Source of the DNA: Bispira polyomma
Taxonomy: Eukaryota
Length of the DNA stretch: 64,000 nt
Assembly: GCA_965649765.1 (NCBI GenBank)
Contig: OZ287752.1
Location: 52,700,001-52,764,000, forward strand
Direction of reading: 5' to 3'
Shown: piece after piece, positions 49,640-62,989 of the stretch
Layout of the letters: each line of letters opens with the position of its first letter
How positions within the stretch are numbered: the first letter of the stretch is position 1
Position numbers and translations under genes: made by a program
Notes under the pieces: model-generated
Told to the model about the DNA's origin: nothing
Databases searched by the model: none
The model's input: only the letters and a program-made list of their open reading frames with translations

Positions 49640-52600
49640 ACCCATTACCCAGGGATAGGGAGGCGGATGGACCAACAAGATACACAGTCATATAGGAACT
49701 TTTTGAGGCGACTAGGGAGTCGTACACCTCACTTCAGTATTCATTCCGAGTGGGGATTTCAACCATCACCTTGTTTGTTCTCGAGGTTTGCCAGGCTATC
49801 ACAGATAAATTCCAGGAGGAATTTATCTGCTGACCCACCACCCCAGAGAACTGGAAGAAGGTCGCAGCTGTATACAGAGACACCTGGAATGTCTCCAATG
49901 CCCTGGGGGCCATATATGACAAACACATAGCAAAGAGATGTCTAAAAAGGGGGGGGAGTGAGTTCTACAGTGAGTACCGCTTCATGTTAGTAGACCTGGG
50001 TTCCAGTGGCTCCTGGTCTTATTCACAATTCACAGATTTTTAACCTTTCTGAATTGAAAAAAAAGATTGAGGACCAGTCTATCAACTTCCCCCCCTGCTG
50101 AACCCATAAGCCCTGATAGGCCCCCCACCCTATACTTCATGATGGGAGACAACACATTTGCCTTCAAGCCCAGCAGATGATCCCCCCCCCCCCCCTCCCA
50201 CATGTTGCACTGATTAGAAATCAACACAACCCAGCTAACATCAGAAATCCTTGTCGAGTAGCCATAGAACAGAGAGACGCCCTGCTGGACTACTTCATGA
50301 ATGAGGGGCAGTGCCATGGGAGAACTACCGTGTTTAAAGCCTCCCCTGAGCCTGAGTCTGAGGCAGAAATGAACAAGCCCAACCAAAAATATTCAAGAAC
50401 ATGTTCTGAGCTGTTGTTATAAAATAAAATCAAACCCACAACCCTCATGACAAAAACACATTGGCCCCACACCAAAAATGCACCCTACAGAGACAAAAAA
50501 CTTAAATTCATAACTGTTCACAGCCTTGTAAAAACTTGTAGAATCCAATCTTAAACCCCTTTAAGTAGAACTCTCCATTTTTATTTTAAAACCAAGTAAA
50601 TAAATAATAGTGAAACCCCCTTGTATTGAAGTCTGTCAAATTATTTCCCCTTTGATTTGGACAGCATAAAAATAATTTCTCAGATCTTTAACTCTGTAAA
50701 CCGTATTCAAAAGGGACATTGTCTTAAAAACACTTCTACTTTCGGAATTTCAATCAGAAGGCTGTATGTTTGATTTTTTATCAATTATTTTCATTCTTGT
50801 GTGTGGGGGCAAGTGTATTTTGTTTTGTGTGTGAGTGAGATAAGTTATTCGTGGGGCCAGTATACCTCTTGTAGTGAGTTTTGTCCATAACAAACAACTT
50901 CATATAATGTGTTTGAAACATTTGGGTGGCCCTGAAAAGGGTCGATTGGTGGCCAGATGACTGACGGAGGAGGAGAGGAGTGGCTGGTCGTTGGTGGTGG
51001 TGGTTAATGATGTTGAATTGGTTGTGGTTGATGATGTTGAATTGGTGGTGGTTGGGGTGTCTGTTGGTAGCTGTATGTCAGCAACATCCCGAAGCATGCA
51101 GGAGTCCTAATATTCTGGTAGCTGGTGTCTGGTGTGTTTAAATCAAATCCTCTGGCAAATGAGGAAGCTCTTGAGGTATTCAGGATGTCACTGTCCACTC
51201 ACATTGGCCCCACTGACAGTGGGCCTACTGATGGTGGGTTATAGTAAGCTCCACCAGTCGAGCTGCCTCCAGATATCACTTGGTGGCTCTGCTGAATACC
51301 TCTGGTGCTGGGTAGCAATGGTAATGTTTATTTTGTTTGTGTTGTAATCACATGTGGCATGGGCTGTTGCTGTTGCTGTAGAGGAGGCTGTGGTCTTAGT
51401 TGTTGCTGTTGTGGCGGATTTTGTTGATAGATGTAGTGTCCCTGCTGTGGTATATAAGCTGGAGGTTCCATCTGGTAGGGGAAGAATGCTGTTGCTGTGG
51501 TTAAAAAGCTGCTGTTGGAGCTGTTGGAGCTGCTGCCCTTTCTTTTCCTGGAGTGTTGATACTGGATTGAAAGACCCCCGTCTTGAACTACTTGAAGTAA
51601 CATTCTGGCAGTTTCTCTGTCTCCTTGCTTAACCAGTTCATATAGGTTACTCTAGTTCCCTCATCTTTGGGTTAATTTGCTTCCGTCAGGATCCCTGTAA
51701 TAGTCTGCTTTAGCCTCTCAATGGAATCTGCAAACTCAATCCCGATCTGCCTCTCCTGTCTCTCCCTGATAAGGATAGAGGATCCAAAGTCTGAAGACTT
51801 TAGTGAGGCCAAATTGGACGACTCTCCCTGGTATGAGTCGAAGTAGGATAACACAACAGCAAAATCACAAGGGGCGGTGCCCTGAGAGGCTGACGTGATA
51901 TGCTTGAATCCGGCAGACTTGTTGAGCTGGCATCTGATATACGGCTTGAGGAACGCAAAGTTTGTCTTCAGCCACTGTTGTCGCTCGGTCAATTTTGGGC
52001 CAGCTTGTCCAGACCTGGGCACACTGAGTTAGTAAAAAAAAGTCCTCTCAGATGTGAACCACTTTATGACTTCTACGTAATCCAATCCCTTGGTTAAACA
52101 GTACGACTCCCGCAGCATGGTATTCCTCTGAGTGTCTTTATACAGTGGATCTCGCTTATTGTAGAGCCAATCATGTTCCTTTAGGAAACAACACAGTCTT
52201 CATCTTCCCTTTCTTTTGTTTCCGACTCAAGGCCGCCACCTCACTGTCCAGGGTATACCTAGTATCCTGAGTATCCTAGATATCCTGCATTTCCGCTATA
52301 TTCAGAGTAGGCCCGTTCAACTGTTCAAAATATTCTGGGACCTCAACTGAATGTTGTCTATCTTGAATAATCTAACTTGGTAACGACTTATCCTTGTGAT
52401 ATTCCCGAGCTATCTTTACAGTCGGAGCATTTCTAAAGACCTATCCTTAACATTTGATAGGATAACTCGTGAAAAATAGATGATAACTCGTAATGCTCCC
52501 GCTCTATCGGGAGAAATTAGACGGTTAATCCTCTTCAAAATGGCAATTTTTTCCCCTGATGACGATCGGAAAGATAGGTCATTATAAGATTAAGATAACT

Positions 52601-52808
52601 CGTTAGCAGCTTACAATTGACCCTGATCTACCCCGACCTATCAGCCGCAGATCATCCAATTGCAGAGGTTTCCTAGCAGAGGTTATTTTGCACAAGTGAC
52701 CCCGAGTGTCTCGATTGACCCTAATAAGTCGGGACAACTCCCCGAGTGTCCTGATTGGACAATTTGGAGCCAACGGGACGGTCGGATTGAGTATGTGTGA
52801 CAGCCACT
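49640..52808 (+). mobile_element. Decayed PIF/Harbinger transposon with convergent transposase (+) and MADF/Myb-like gene (-)
   Basis: Plus strand: MDQQDTQSYRNFLR, ESYTSLQYSFRVG, MGDNTF. Minus strand 52190->50900: EHDWLYNKRDPLYKD, PRSGQAGPKLTERQQWL..NFAFLKPYI, Q/S/T-rich tail. TIR-like end GTATGTGTGACAGCCACT. Confidence 0.85.
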
Positions 52809-53059
52809 TTACTAATAAACCCTGCCTACCACCTACAGTATGTGTACGGGGAGCATGCAACAAGAAATGACCTGCTAGCGTATGATTTCTGATAAAACAA
52901 GGGCTATCCTAAGGTTCAGTGTGTGTTTCGGTAAGGCTGAGTGTGTCACATGACAACAGCGATAACACCACCTTTATTTTGCTGTGACCGACAATTTAGT
53001 CCTGTTATCTCAACTGGCCCAGGGTTTAGGTTAACGTCACCTGCCATTTAAAGTAGGCA

Positions 53060-53615
53060 AACTGATTCCAACGTCACTGGTCAAGGAGTGTATTGCCATA
53101 CTCATAACTCCCAATACCAACATTATCAATTACTCACTCAAGGAGGGCAGTTTTCTAAACTGCTTGAAGACTGCTCATGTCACCCCTTTACTCAAGAAAC
53201 CTAGCCTGGACAGAAACATCCTAAAGAACTACAGACCGGTGTCGAATCTCAGTTTTATCTTAAAACTTATGGAGAAGGTCGTGGCTAAATAGCTTAACGG
53301 ATTCATCTCCCAAGAAGGTATTGTAAATGTTAACCAATCTGCATACCGGGACTCCCACTCCACAGAGACTGCTCTGCTCAAGATTCAAAATGATATAGCT
53401 ACGTCAGTGGACTCGGAAAAGGCAGTGGTCCTCACATTACTGGATCTCTCTGCAGCTTTTGACACCATCGATAACCCCACTTTTTATGATTGTTTAACGG
53501 ACTGGTTTGGAATTGATGGGATTGTATTGCTGTGGATCAAATTCTACCTCCTAGACCGTAAACAAAAAATCAAAATTGGTAGCAATTTTTCTGGGGTCTT
53601 TTTGCTCCCAAATGA
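53060..53615 (+). mobile_element. L2/CR1-group LINE reverse transcriptase fragment
   Basis: VTPLLKKPSLD..ILKNYRPVSNLSFI.KL.EKVV, QSAYR..HSTETALLKI.ND, LLDLSAAFDTID; one in-frame stop. Confidence 0.9.
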
Positions 53616-53619
53616 CAAG

Positions 53620-54650
53620 CTTTAGCATTTTACTGTGTGTGAGGACACACATGAGAGTGTTACACTGTAGTCACATTATTGGGTGTTATACAAGTGTACA
53701 CTATGATTTTAGACATGCTCCTTTCTTTGAATTACATAGAGGAAAGTCATGATGCACTCAATGTTTTCAAAGACAAGTCTATGTCATTCAGGGGTTTTAG
53801 GGTTGTTATAAACAAACAGATCAGAGGAGCACCAGAACCAGACTGTCAACTATTTATATACCGAGTAGACCTCTCGGACTGAAACTAAAGACTAAGAAGA
53901 ATATATTGCTGAATTGGGAGTAAGCACTCGTTCCCTTCAATGTGTTCCAAACAGGAAGCAAAATTTAAATGATTTAATCTCATGGTTTCTGTATCACAGT
54001 TCAAACATATGTTTGATAGTTCTGCCTGGCCAGAAGGTTTGCTGATAAGGAAATTTATAATGCCTCATAATGACAGACAGGATAACAGTGTATGATATCA
54101 TGGATATATGTTCACAGTTCCTACAACAGTTAAGGTCAAGAGACTTGAAATATATTCAGGCATCATGTAACAGGTTTGATTTTGTTTCAATACAAGAACA
54201 CTGGTTACATGAGTCTCAAAGTAGATATGTTAACAGGAAACTTAGCAATATTAGATCACATTGTATATCTGGCATGTCTCCTAATATGCTACAGTTTGGC
54301 TGCCCTTCCGGGGGTTGTGCAATTTTGTGGTCAGCTGATATTATTGTTAATGTATGTCCAATAATGAAGTGGAGATTATAGTTATTTATCATGCTGTGTC
54401 TACATGCCATTTCGTAATAGTTCAAAAATTAAATAAGTACCTTATGATTTGTCTGGCATTTGTTCCGTGACTAAAACAGATTATATTGTTATTGAAGGAG
54501 ATTTTAACACTGATGTTACAAGAACTAATAATGTTAGCACCAAAACTATGTTACAATTTACATGTAATAAAACTATTCACTTGTATCTCTCTGATACCAA
54601 AAAAAAATATGTAAACTTTACCTGGTATAGTGTATGTAATAGAAACTTGA
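53620..54650 (+). mobile_element. Decayed CR1-group LINE 5' part (ORF1 C-terminus + APE endonuclease)
   Basis: RGAPEP..LFIYRV, WPEG..IRKF (ORF1); IQEHWL, PSGGCAILW, VYMP, GDFNTD (endonuclease), with frameshifts. Confidence 0.8.
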
Positions 54651-56295
54651 AAAGTTGCAGAACTAGACAAATTAATTAATATGTTAGAAATGCCATGGAA
54701 TGCACTTAAATGTACTATGTTTTTCTAATTTTTGTTGTACTAAACATTTGCATGAACTACAGTTGTACCATGATAAAATAATGTATATATAACAAGAATC
54801 AGCATATAATACAATTCCAGAAGCAAAATGTAGTGGCAGTTCCGAAAAAAGGTTGGTAAAAGGTTGATGACCTTGTAAGATCAAAGATTGTGATGTAGTT
54901 TTGACCTCAATGTCAAAGATAGGTTGCCTTACACATTTTAGATCTGTTTTGCTGAACACAAGGTTTGAGAATTTTATTTTGTAGATATTAGTAAGGCTAT
55001 ATACACGGTAGAAAAGTATGACAGAGGTATAACTTTAAAATATTACTAAGAATTTTAAAAGTCCCAATTGGGAGCACATAAAAACATAATAGCACAATAG
55101 CAATAATATGATTAAATAGTAGTAGCTACACATCAGTATTGCCAGTAAATCATTTATATATAATATAACGTCCAATTAATGGATCAGCTAGGTTCACATA
55201 TGAGAACACGTTTGTGGGACTAGGCACAACTAAGGCAATATTAAGCCTCAGAACAAGACTTCATTATAGGCATTACCAATCCAATTAACATTTTGTAAAG
55301 AATTTGTTCACAACACAGCAGTACAGTTAAATAGGCCCTTTCGACTAGAGTAAGAAAGTTTAATGTATCAATCAAATATATCTAGTGAAATTAATTATAC
55401 ATAGCATATCTATTGCTTTAAAATCATGCACTCAACAGTATCATACACAAGGAGTCAAAATTTAGAGCCTAGTGCCTTTGACACCTAATTGCCTAGCAGG
55501 GGTGGCAACCCGCCTCACAGAAACCGCTATTCTTCCCTGAAACCCTTAGGCGGTGAACCCAAGGTGAAGGGTGATCTGCCTCCACACGCCATTCGTGATG
55601 ATAATACTATTAATCATTAAGACAATAATTACTCTGTTTGTGAGTATACTGCAACAGTGTTTACAGTTGGCAATCTAGGATAATGGTTCATGGCTAAGTA
55701 ATAGTATGAGTGTTATATGTGAAAACTATCAATTAAACAGATGTATTTTAAACCAGAAAGGGTACTACAATTTTAGTGTAACTAAATTGTACATGTTCCA
55801 ACACTGACCAGCATATTTCATTTAATCAATGACATATTTCTGGAAATTATTTATTAAAGGTTGATTTAACTTTATTTAAGATTTTGTAAATTTTATGTTT
55901 AGTTAAAAGTGAGATAAAGGAGTACATTATGTACTGGGTTGTATAAGGTGACCTTATGCCCAATAGAGTAATATGTGTTTGCTGTAAATTTTAATTTTAA
56001 TTATTTAATGACATTAATAATTGTATATAATATTTTTATCTGATACATAAGATGTGGCAGACCACCATGTGACTGCATATTAATCAAAACAAGTGTATGG
56101 ATAAAAAAATATATGTAACCTACTAGTTTGCCGTACAAGTAAAATTAAAGTGTAATAGGGCATGTGAGAATTTTGCTGCCGAACTCAATTGAAATTTCCA
56201 GAGGGTTGTAGTTTATTTGGGGTTATATTTTAATATTATCTTGATCGATCTGTCGCAATATGAAAACCAATCAGATGCATATTGTTGGAAACCAG

Positions 56296-56402
56296 GGGCC
56301 GTATTCACGAAGGGACTTAGCCAGGTCTTAGGCTTAAATCTAGCACAAAAGTATACTGATTTAAGCCTAAGACCTGGCTAAGTCCCTTCGTGAATACGGC
56401 CC
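56296..56402. mobile_element. 107-bp perfect-palindrome MITE with CAG target duplication
   Basis: 45-bp perfect inverted arms (56296-56340 / 56358-56402), 17-nt loop, CAG on both flanks. Confidence 0.9.
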
Positions 56403-58120
56403 CAGCACATATCAAACTGATGATGAAATGTTATTGTTTATAACTAAGTTATACAGGAGACTTTTGTGGTCAACCAAAATGTTGTCCGGGAATAAAATAA
56501 CATTAAACTTCAAGCCTTTTATAAAAACTCTAACCTCTTGTTAAAATTTCTGTTGCATAACATGCAACTCTTATATAGTCAGTGACAAGGTTTGTCCTCC
56601 AAAAAGTTATAGGGAATCCTATAATATAGAACTGATCACCTAAAATGCTATTCTGTATCCAAGGATGTTGTCCACTTGTGACCATTCCGGTTATTGTACC
56701 TTGGACCTTTAAATTAACAGAACAACTTATCAATGGGCGGCAACTTCAGACTAAATTATTTAATCTAGGAAATTTTATTTGTTATATTCACTAAATAAGA
56801 TAATGAATGATATTATTGCATTATTAATACATATATCAATCGTGGCTTGTAACACAGTAAATATTTTGTAACTCTCTGTCAATACTACATCCATGGATAT
56901 TAACACCTCCAGTGACTTGGTAAAATTGTTACCCTTACACAGTACTGTGGCTTACCAAAGTAATGCTTTTATAGCTGCTATATCCCTTTATTAACTTGAA
57001 CAGTAACTCTTAAACCAAATCAAAATGAATAGTGTAACTATTCTAAGTTTGATTAATTAAATTAACTATTCTTTATAAAATTTGTAACATAGACTTAAGG
57101 TTTTAAAACTAATTTCATTGGGAAGCTTCTTTACATATTAACTGGTAAATCTTTAAGACTCAAAGACTCCAAGCTGATACCTGGTGTAAGACTTGAATAT
57201 ACTCAGTTGGTTAGAGGCTGGGCTATTGAGACCAATATTTATCAAAGATAAACTATTTCATAATACGACAATGTTATCAACGTTATACTTGTATTATACA
57301 TACAAAAGATACAATTCAGATCATACGTTTGAAAATGTTCATAAAAAACTTAATTAGAGCTGTATTTCATGATATGACAACTGTATGGAAGTTATTATAT
57401 TATATCTATAAAAAGATTCAACTTTAATAGAAGTTATCATTGTCTCTATGAAAGATTCAATTCAATTTTCAAAATGTTCCAAAAAAACTTAATTAATATA
57501 TTGTAAATTACAACCAATTTTAACCCTTTACCAATTGTGAAAACATTTGCGGTGCACAATTTTTTCCCGCTAAAATTTCCTGTTCCATAGTATTTTGGGG
57601 GGTTTTAATTCCATTTGTGTGTATATGTATATATTCTTTTAGTTGCTATTCTTTTGCATGACAGTTGTACACTTTGCGTACAAAAATGAAATAAATAATA
57701 ATAATAATTATATGTGTACTGTATGTAGAAGATAATCGTCAAGTGTTCTGATATCTTTCAATGCAAATGGTTCAAAGTTCCTGTTATCTGAGAAATATCA
57801 ACACAATTGATGACCAAAAAGACCACTTGTGTGTGGGTGATGTATATGTCAACAGTTTCTATATAGTTATATTACAATATAGCATTATGAATGACTTATT
57901 TACTCACAGTTGGCCATGATGAAACACGTCTATGGCTCTTAACATCTGCATTGTAAAACACTTACAATTTATTATCAGTTTCTGTCACCTTCCATTCGCT
58001 TTTCGTATGAACAAATACACCAATGCTAGCAAATAATGATTTGCATTCTATGGCGACATATAACCAGAACAATTGTAATGTAAAGAGTACCTAAGCATTT
58101 TAATACATAATAATACTAAG

Positions 58121-58268
58121 GGCGGGTATTCACAAAGATTTGTATTCTTAAAATGATTTTGTCTCACAAATTTGATAGGATGGAAATATTGTTTCAAATA
58201 ATATGATTGACTGTGAGGTTGAGGAAATTGTCAGCGTTATATTCGAAGACTGTTTGTGAACACGAGCC
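58121..58268. mobile_element. Decayed MITE of the same TIR type, ~300 bp upstream of the fucosyltransferase ATG
   Basis: GGCGGGTATTCACAAA ... TTTGTGAACACGAGCC. Confidence 0.55.
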
Positions 58269-58569
58269 TTGATAACCTAATAAAGTATCTTATATGAATA
58301 ATGTAATTTAACAGTACACCACGTCGTGGTACATAACAGCATTAATATTTTTTTGAACTTTTAAAACCGTGTGATGGAATTACAATGTGATTTCCTTAAA
58401 AGCTTAAGTTCTCAATATCAGGTGTGTTAATGATCGCTATTAATAATCTATTTATGTATTATGTAGTACAATTTGTGACATTCAACGGTGTTAGCACGAC
58501 TGGATAAGTTAACCTCTCTGGTTTTGGTATTTTTTTGGTAATGGATTAGCTGTATCAATAACTCTTACA

Positions 58570-59649
58570 ATGCAAATGATACCAAGACAAGAAGTTGTCA
58601 TTCACAGCTCCACTATAAGCCACAGATGGCTGTTAGTATTTTTGTCGTTATCAACTGTGTTGTGTACTATACTGGTATACACTTTCACCATCGCCAAATT
58701 CGTCCAGCCAGATCTAAAATATTACATTCGTTACCAAGGTTGCCATGACAACAACACAGGAGGGGGTAAAGGAGGACATGTGATACATAATGGTACCACT
58801 GGTCAAGGTTGGTGTCAAAAGTGCTTCATGACTTATAAAGAAGCAGATTACCCAGGTGGTAGAAGATTAGGGAATCATATTTACAATGTGGCCTCATTAA
58901 TCGGCATTGCTAGGTTGAATCGTATGACGCCTCTCTTGCCGGAAAATGCAAGGATATTTTTGTCGATGGATGTTCCTGTTCAGGTTGTGAAGGTTTCTGC
59001 TTACAAGAAGTTTGTCAAAGAGAGTCATCACTTTAAAGAAGTCGATAGCAGAAAGTTTGACCCTCGGGTGACAAATCTCACATGTAATGTGACATTGGTG
59101 GGTTTCTTTCAGTCGTGGAGATATTTGAAAGAAGTGCAGCATCTCATCGCAAATCAGTTCAGGTTTAAAGAGAAATTTGTCACTAAGGCACAGAGTTTGT
59201 ACGATAGTTACATCAGAAACAAGCAGTCTGATAGTGTCATTGGAATCCATGTACGCAGAGGTTTTACTTTACAAAAACTACAAAAACGTGGCTATGTCAC
59301 TCCAGGTCCATCCTATTTTCAACATGCGATGGAATATTATCAACACAAAATCTACCCAAATAAGACTCTACTATACCTGATTAGTAGCGACGACATCAAA
59401 TGGTGCAAGAAGAATATTAAAGGAGATCAAGTGATTTACTCTACTGCAGAACATCCAGAAGTAGACATACTCCTTCAGTCTTTCTGTAATGACTCTGTTA
59501 CATCCCTGGGATCGTTTGGCTGGTGGTGCGGTTACTTTGCTCAGGGACAAATGGTCTACTTTAAAGATTTTGCACGACCAGGATCAGCTGTCGATAAGGA
59601 AGTCAATATAACAGACATGTTTTATCCACAGTGGAAAGCAATGTCTTAG
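58570..59649 (+). CDS. Galactoside alpha-1,2-fucosyltransferase-like (GT11), type II membrane protein, single coding exon
   Basis: 359-aa ORF with N-terminal TM (WLLVFLSLSTVLCTILVYTF); motifs RLGN...ASLIGIA..N, GFFQSWRY, IGIHVRRG, YF..AM.Y, SDDIKWCK, GSFGWW. Confidence 0.92.
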   Translation: MQMIPRQEVVIHSSTISHRWLLVFLSLSTVLCTILVYTFTIAKFVQPDLKYYIRYQGCHDNNTGGGKGGHVIHNGTTGQGWCQKCFMTYKEADYPGGRRLGNHIYNVASLIGIARLNRMTPLLPENARIFLSMDVPVQVVKVSAYKKFVKESHHFKEVDSRKFDPRVTNLTCNVTLVGFFQSWRYLKEVQHLIANQFRFKEKFVTKAQSLYDSYIRNKQSDSVIGIHVRRGFTLQKLQKRGYVTPGPSYFQHAMEYYQHKIYPNKTLLYLISSDDIKWCKKNIKGDQVIYSTAEHPEVDILLQSFCNDSVTSLGSFGWWCGYFAQGQMVYFKDFARPGSAVDKEVNITDMFYPQWKAMS

Positions 59650-60603
59650 TTTGTCTTTTGAATTTACCTTTTCTTATTTACGTTATCGTATAGACAAGTA
59701 TATTACATGTTATTACTTATTTTCTAATAGAAGTGAGAGGTGTTTGTCTTTAAGGAGTTTTATTGGCTGGCAGTTCTAGTTTTGATTGCTGCTTTTTAAT
59801 TATTATATGTTTATTATTTTATATTGCACAATATAAGATGTTTGAAATTCCATTTACATTTTTAGTTCCAATTAACTATAATTGTTGAATATTTGACTTA
59901 TAAACATTGATCTATTTAGGTTTATCCAAATTAAAATATGGCTTTTTATAAAGTACTAATTTTAATAAGCTTTTCTTCTCTGTACTGTTTTAGCACTGCA
60001 TAGAACAACATGTTCAGTGTTTATAGACAAACGTGTCATGCAAATATAATATAGATTTAAACAATGATCTGGAAATTTTGGTTATTCTGAATAAATATCC
60101 TAGTATTTTGTCATCTTTCCATTGTATAGGAGATCAGGATAAAATGTCAAGCACACCTGCATTGTTTCCGAAACCCAATCATGTACCCAATCATGTATTT
60201 TATGTAATTCCGTATGTTTTACTAATTTGTGTGTGAATTATTGTTTCAGTCTGGTACTCCTCATATCCATTCGTCTCTAAAATAAGAACTCTATTATTGT
60301 TCTTTTGATTATAATAATATCTTTGCTTCCAGTAATCATTTTTAATTTTTCCTTTTTGTAAAGAAAACATGTAACAGATATAAAGCCCATTTTGATAGAA
60401 AAGTGAAAATACAGAGAGTTTAATTATTTTTTGGTTTTAAGATACAATTAAGAAGTCTAGCAAGTAAGCCTTTAAACTCAGGCTCAGTATTTTATAGTGT
60501 GGCCGTTGTACGTTTGGTTATTGCTGGTAATATAATCCCTTCTAATGCCTCTACCATATATATTAATTCCCTCTTCCTTATTTTTTGCAATACAATTACT
60601 TAA

Positions 60604-61151
60604 AGCCTGGTCACACCTACACATGCTGGAGCTACGTGTTTTTGACGTTTTGAACTGTTTTGAAATGTAGTTGAAGGTAATGCAAAAGGAAGGATCCCTG
60701 CTGTGTTCGTTCCAGAACGTTGCTTAACAGATGATATCATTCCAGAAACATCTCCGTTTAATCACTGCCACAATTACTTCAAAAATAATCATGGCAAAGC
60801 TCTTAAGGACATCTCCACTCATCTATATAAGTAGCATAACGTAGCAGTAAGTAGCAATAAGTAGTGATATCATCTCCACTCATCTGTATTTCTCGTGGAA
60901 CATTTTACTAAGTAGCAGAACACAGCAGAACGCATCTATAAGTAGCAGTACAGTAGTTCTCTGAAGTAGTAGGTAGTGATATCCTACCAGTAAAGTGTTC
61001 AATTTTTGTCAAAGTACCAACATCGTCACAAAACGTCACAATCGACTCCCCCTTTATGAAATGATGTCACTTTGACACAAAACTACCACGTTTTCGGTTT
61101 ATATTGCTTTGCTACGATGTGGGACGTCAGCACGTGTTGGTGTGACGAGGT
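60604..61151. mobile_element. Harbinger-type MITE
   Basis: TIRs CCTGGTCACACC.ACACATGCTG / CAGCACGTGTTGGTGTGACGAGG, TAA on the left flank, internal AAGTAGCA repeats. Confidence 0.75.
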
Positions 61152-61598
61152 CATTACCCAGTCTTGAAGGTATGCATAAAACAGTAGCATAACCTTGTCA
61201 GTTCAGAGAGAACCTCTAAATTAATCATTAAGGTACGACCGAAGCATAAGGTGTACTAAATATGACCAGCTGGTTCTGAAAAGCAAAAGAACCTAAGAAT
61301 TAGGTTAGCTCAGCCACCAGAGTTCTGTTCAATTAGAAAAACTAGGCCTAGCTATGTCTGGCCTCTGAGCTATTGGGGTTAGCACATGGCCAGTACTTTT
61401 CCACTGGGCTTTTGCCAAGAAAAAAAAGGTGACCATGTGGGCTTCATTCAGTTGTGAAGTGTAGAGGGCAGAGAGCTGCAAGAGAAATTTGGACTTCTGT
61501 TGGCTTGATTTAGGGAAATAAAATTTTAGTTAACATTATTTTAGAAACTTTCCGCATTCAAGCCAGCAAGAGTCCTGCCTTGTTGTACTATTTGTAGA

Positions 61599-62615
61599 AT
61601 GCCTCAGCAACATAATACTAGAAACAAAAACATTAATAAAAGTAACACAGAAAAAAGTGCTACCAGTTGGGCCGATGGCAATCAGATGGGTGGTGAAACG
61701 GAAGCTGTTGAAAGAACTGAAAATAACAAATCTTTGTCTCAAAAGCTGGACGAACTGTTGGCGGTAGTAAAAGTAATGGGAACTCAGTTACAAGGTCAGG
61801 AGCAACAGATCCGACGACAGGAAGAACGAGTCAGCTAAAACGAGATTTCAGCACTGCCGTCAGCCCAGAGCTTGCCTAAGATTGCTAGTCAATCTACAGA
61901 AGAGAAAAAAGCGAGACTACCTTCCTTCGAAGCACTCAACAGTGATTTGCAGATCCAAGCTGAGGTGCAACGTCAGTTGATAGATTATAACGACTCGTCT
62001 AGACCAGAATCAAAAGGTAAAAACGCTTCATCTCTTAAGTCAGGCAGATATCGAGTCGGGGTTCATAAAGTGCATACCTAGATTACCTGGCCACAGGACC
62101 ACTGTACTGTAGTTCATAGTAATAAACAGCCTACGTATGACGAAATGTCAACCATGCAATGAGTGCAAGGTTTACTATGCTGTGCGTTGGAGGAAACTGA
62201 TACTGTTCTTACAAATAATATACTAACATACCATGTCAGTCTCATGCAAGACGCTATAGAGTTGGATGTAGGCACAGCCAAAAGGGCGCACGCAGCCATG
62301 CTCCAGGAGATTGAGAAAGGGCGTACAAATTGGAGTAATATTGACCTGATAGAAAAAATTAGGGCAAGAAATACCCAAAGGATAAGTAACCCAACTTCTG
62401 AATTTAAATGTGGCCATGGCAGAGTGGTCGAGTCCAAAGTGTGTACTTTATTCAATAAAGGTAGCTGTCGATTAGAAAAGGACCACGTTACACGTGGTAT
62501 CAAATATGAGCATTACTGTAGTTATTATTTCAAGGAAAACCGGGGTCGCCCTATGTCCAAATGTGTACATCAAAAAAATAACAACAAAGAACATAACAAA
62601 GAACAACATGTTTAA
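61599..62615 (+). pseudogene. gag: Decayed gag of a second Ngaro-like element
   Basis: ORFs 61599, 61872 and 62163 share one frame with three stops. Collinear with the 34778 gag: QAEVQRQLIDY/QAMVNQRLAEY, KSGRY/KSGRF, PTYDEMS/PLFDELS, CTLFNKGSC..H..H.C. Confidence 0.85.
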
Positions 62616-62930
62616 CATAGAATTAATAAGGCCACAAAATGTTGACGGCAGTTCTTTACCTATAGACTGTCTAGACAGTGGCCCGGGTGGTGGTAATATT
62701 GGCAACAGTCCCCGTTTGTAAGTTTCAAGTGCCAGGTCAAAGATGTTAAGTGGTTCAAGTTGTAAGTTTATTGAAGTTAGGTAACACAAGATAATAAAAG
62801 AATTCACTATGAGGATTCATTTTTTACATGTTAGTAGTTATATACATAATATTACAAATCAGGTAAAATGCTTAAAATTTTTTATGAAACATCACAAGCC
62901 CCAACTAGGCAAAGCACATAATAAAACACA

Positions 62931-62989
62931 AAGGACTAGCCAATAAAAGACTAGCCAATAAAAGACTAGCCAATAAAGGACTAGCCAAT
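62931..62989. repeat. 15-bp tandem repeat x4 (GACTAGCCAATAAAR)
   Basis: Four consecutive units, each containing CCAAT. Confidence 0.9.

Noticed and set aside
50900-51632. Independent Gln/Thr-rich host gene
   Set aside because: It is the frameshifted low-complexity tail of the Harbinger MADF gene.
58570-59649. Functional link between the fucosyltransferase and the EMI/EGF receptor
   Set aside because: Protein O-fucosylation of EGF/EMI domains is done by other GT families; GT11 acts on galactosides, so adjacency alone is not evidence.
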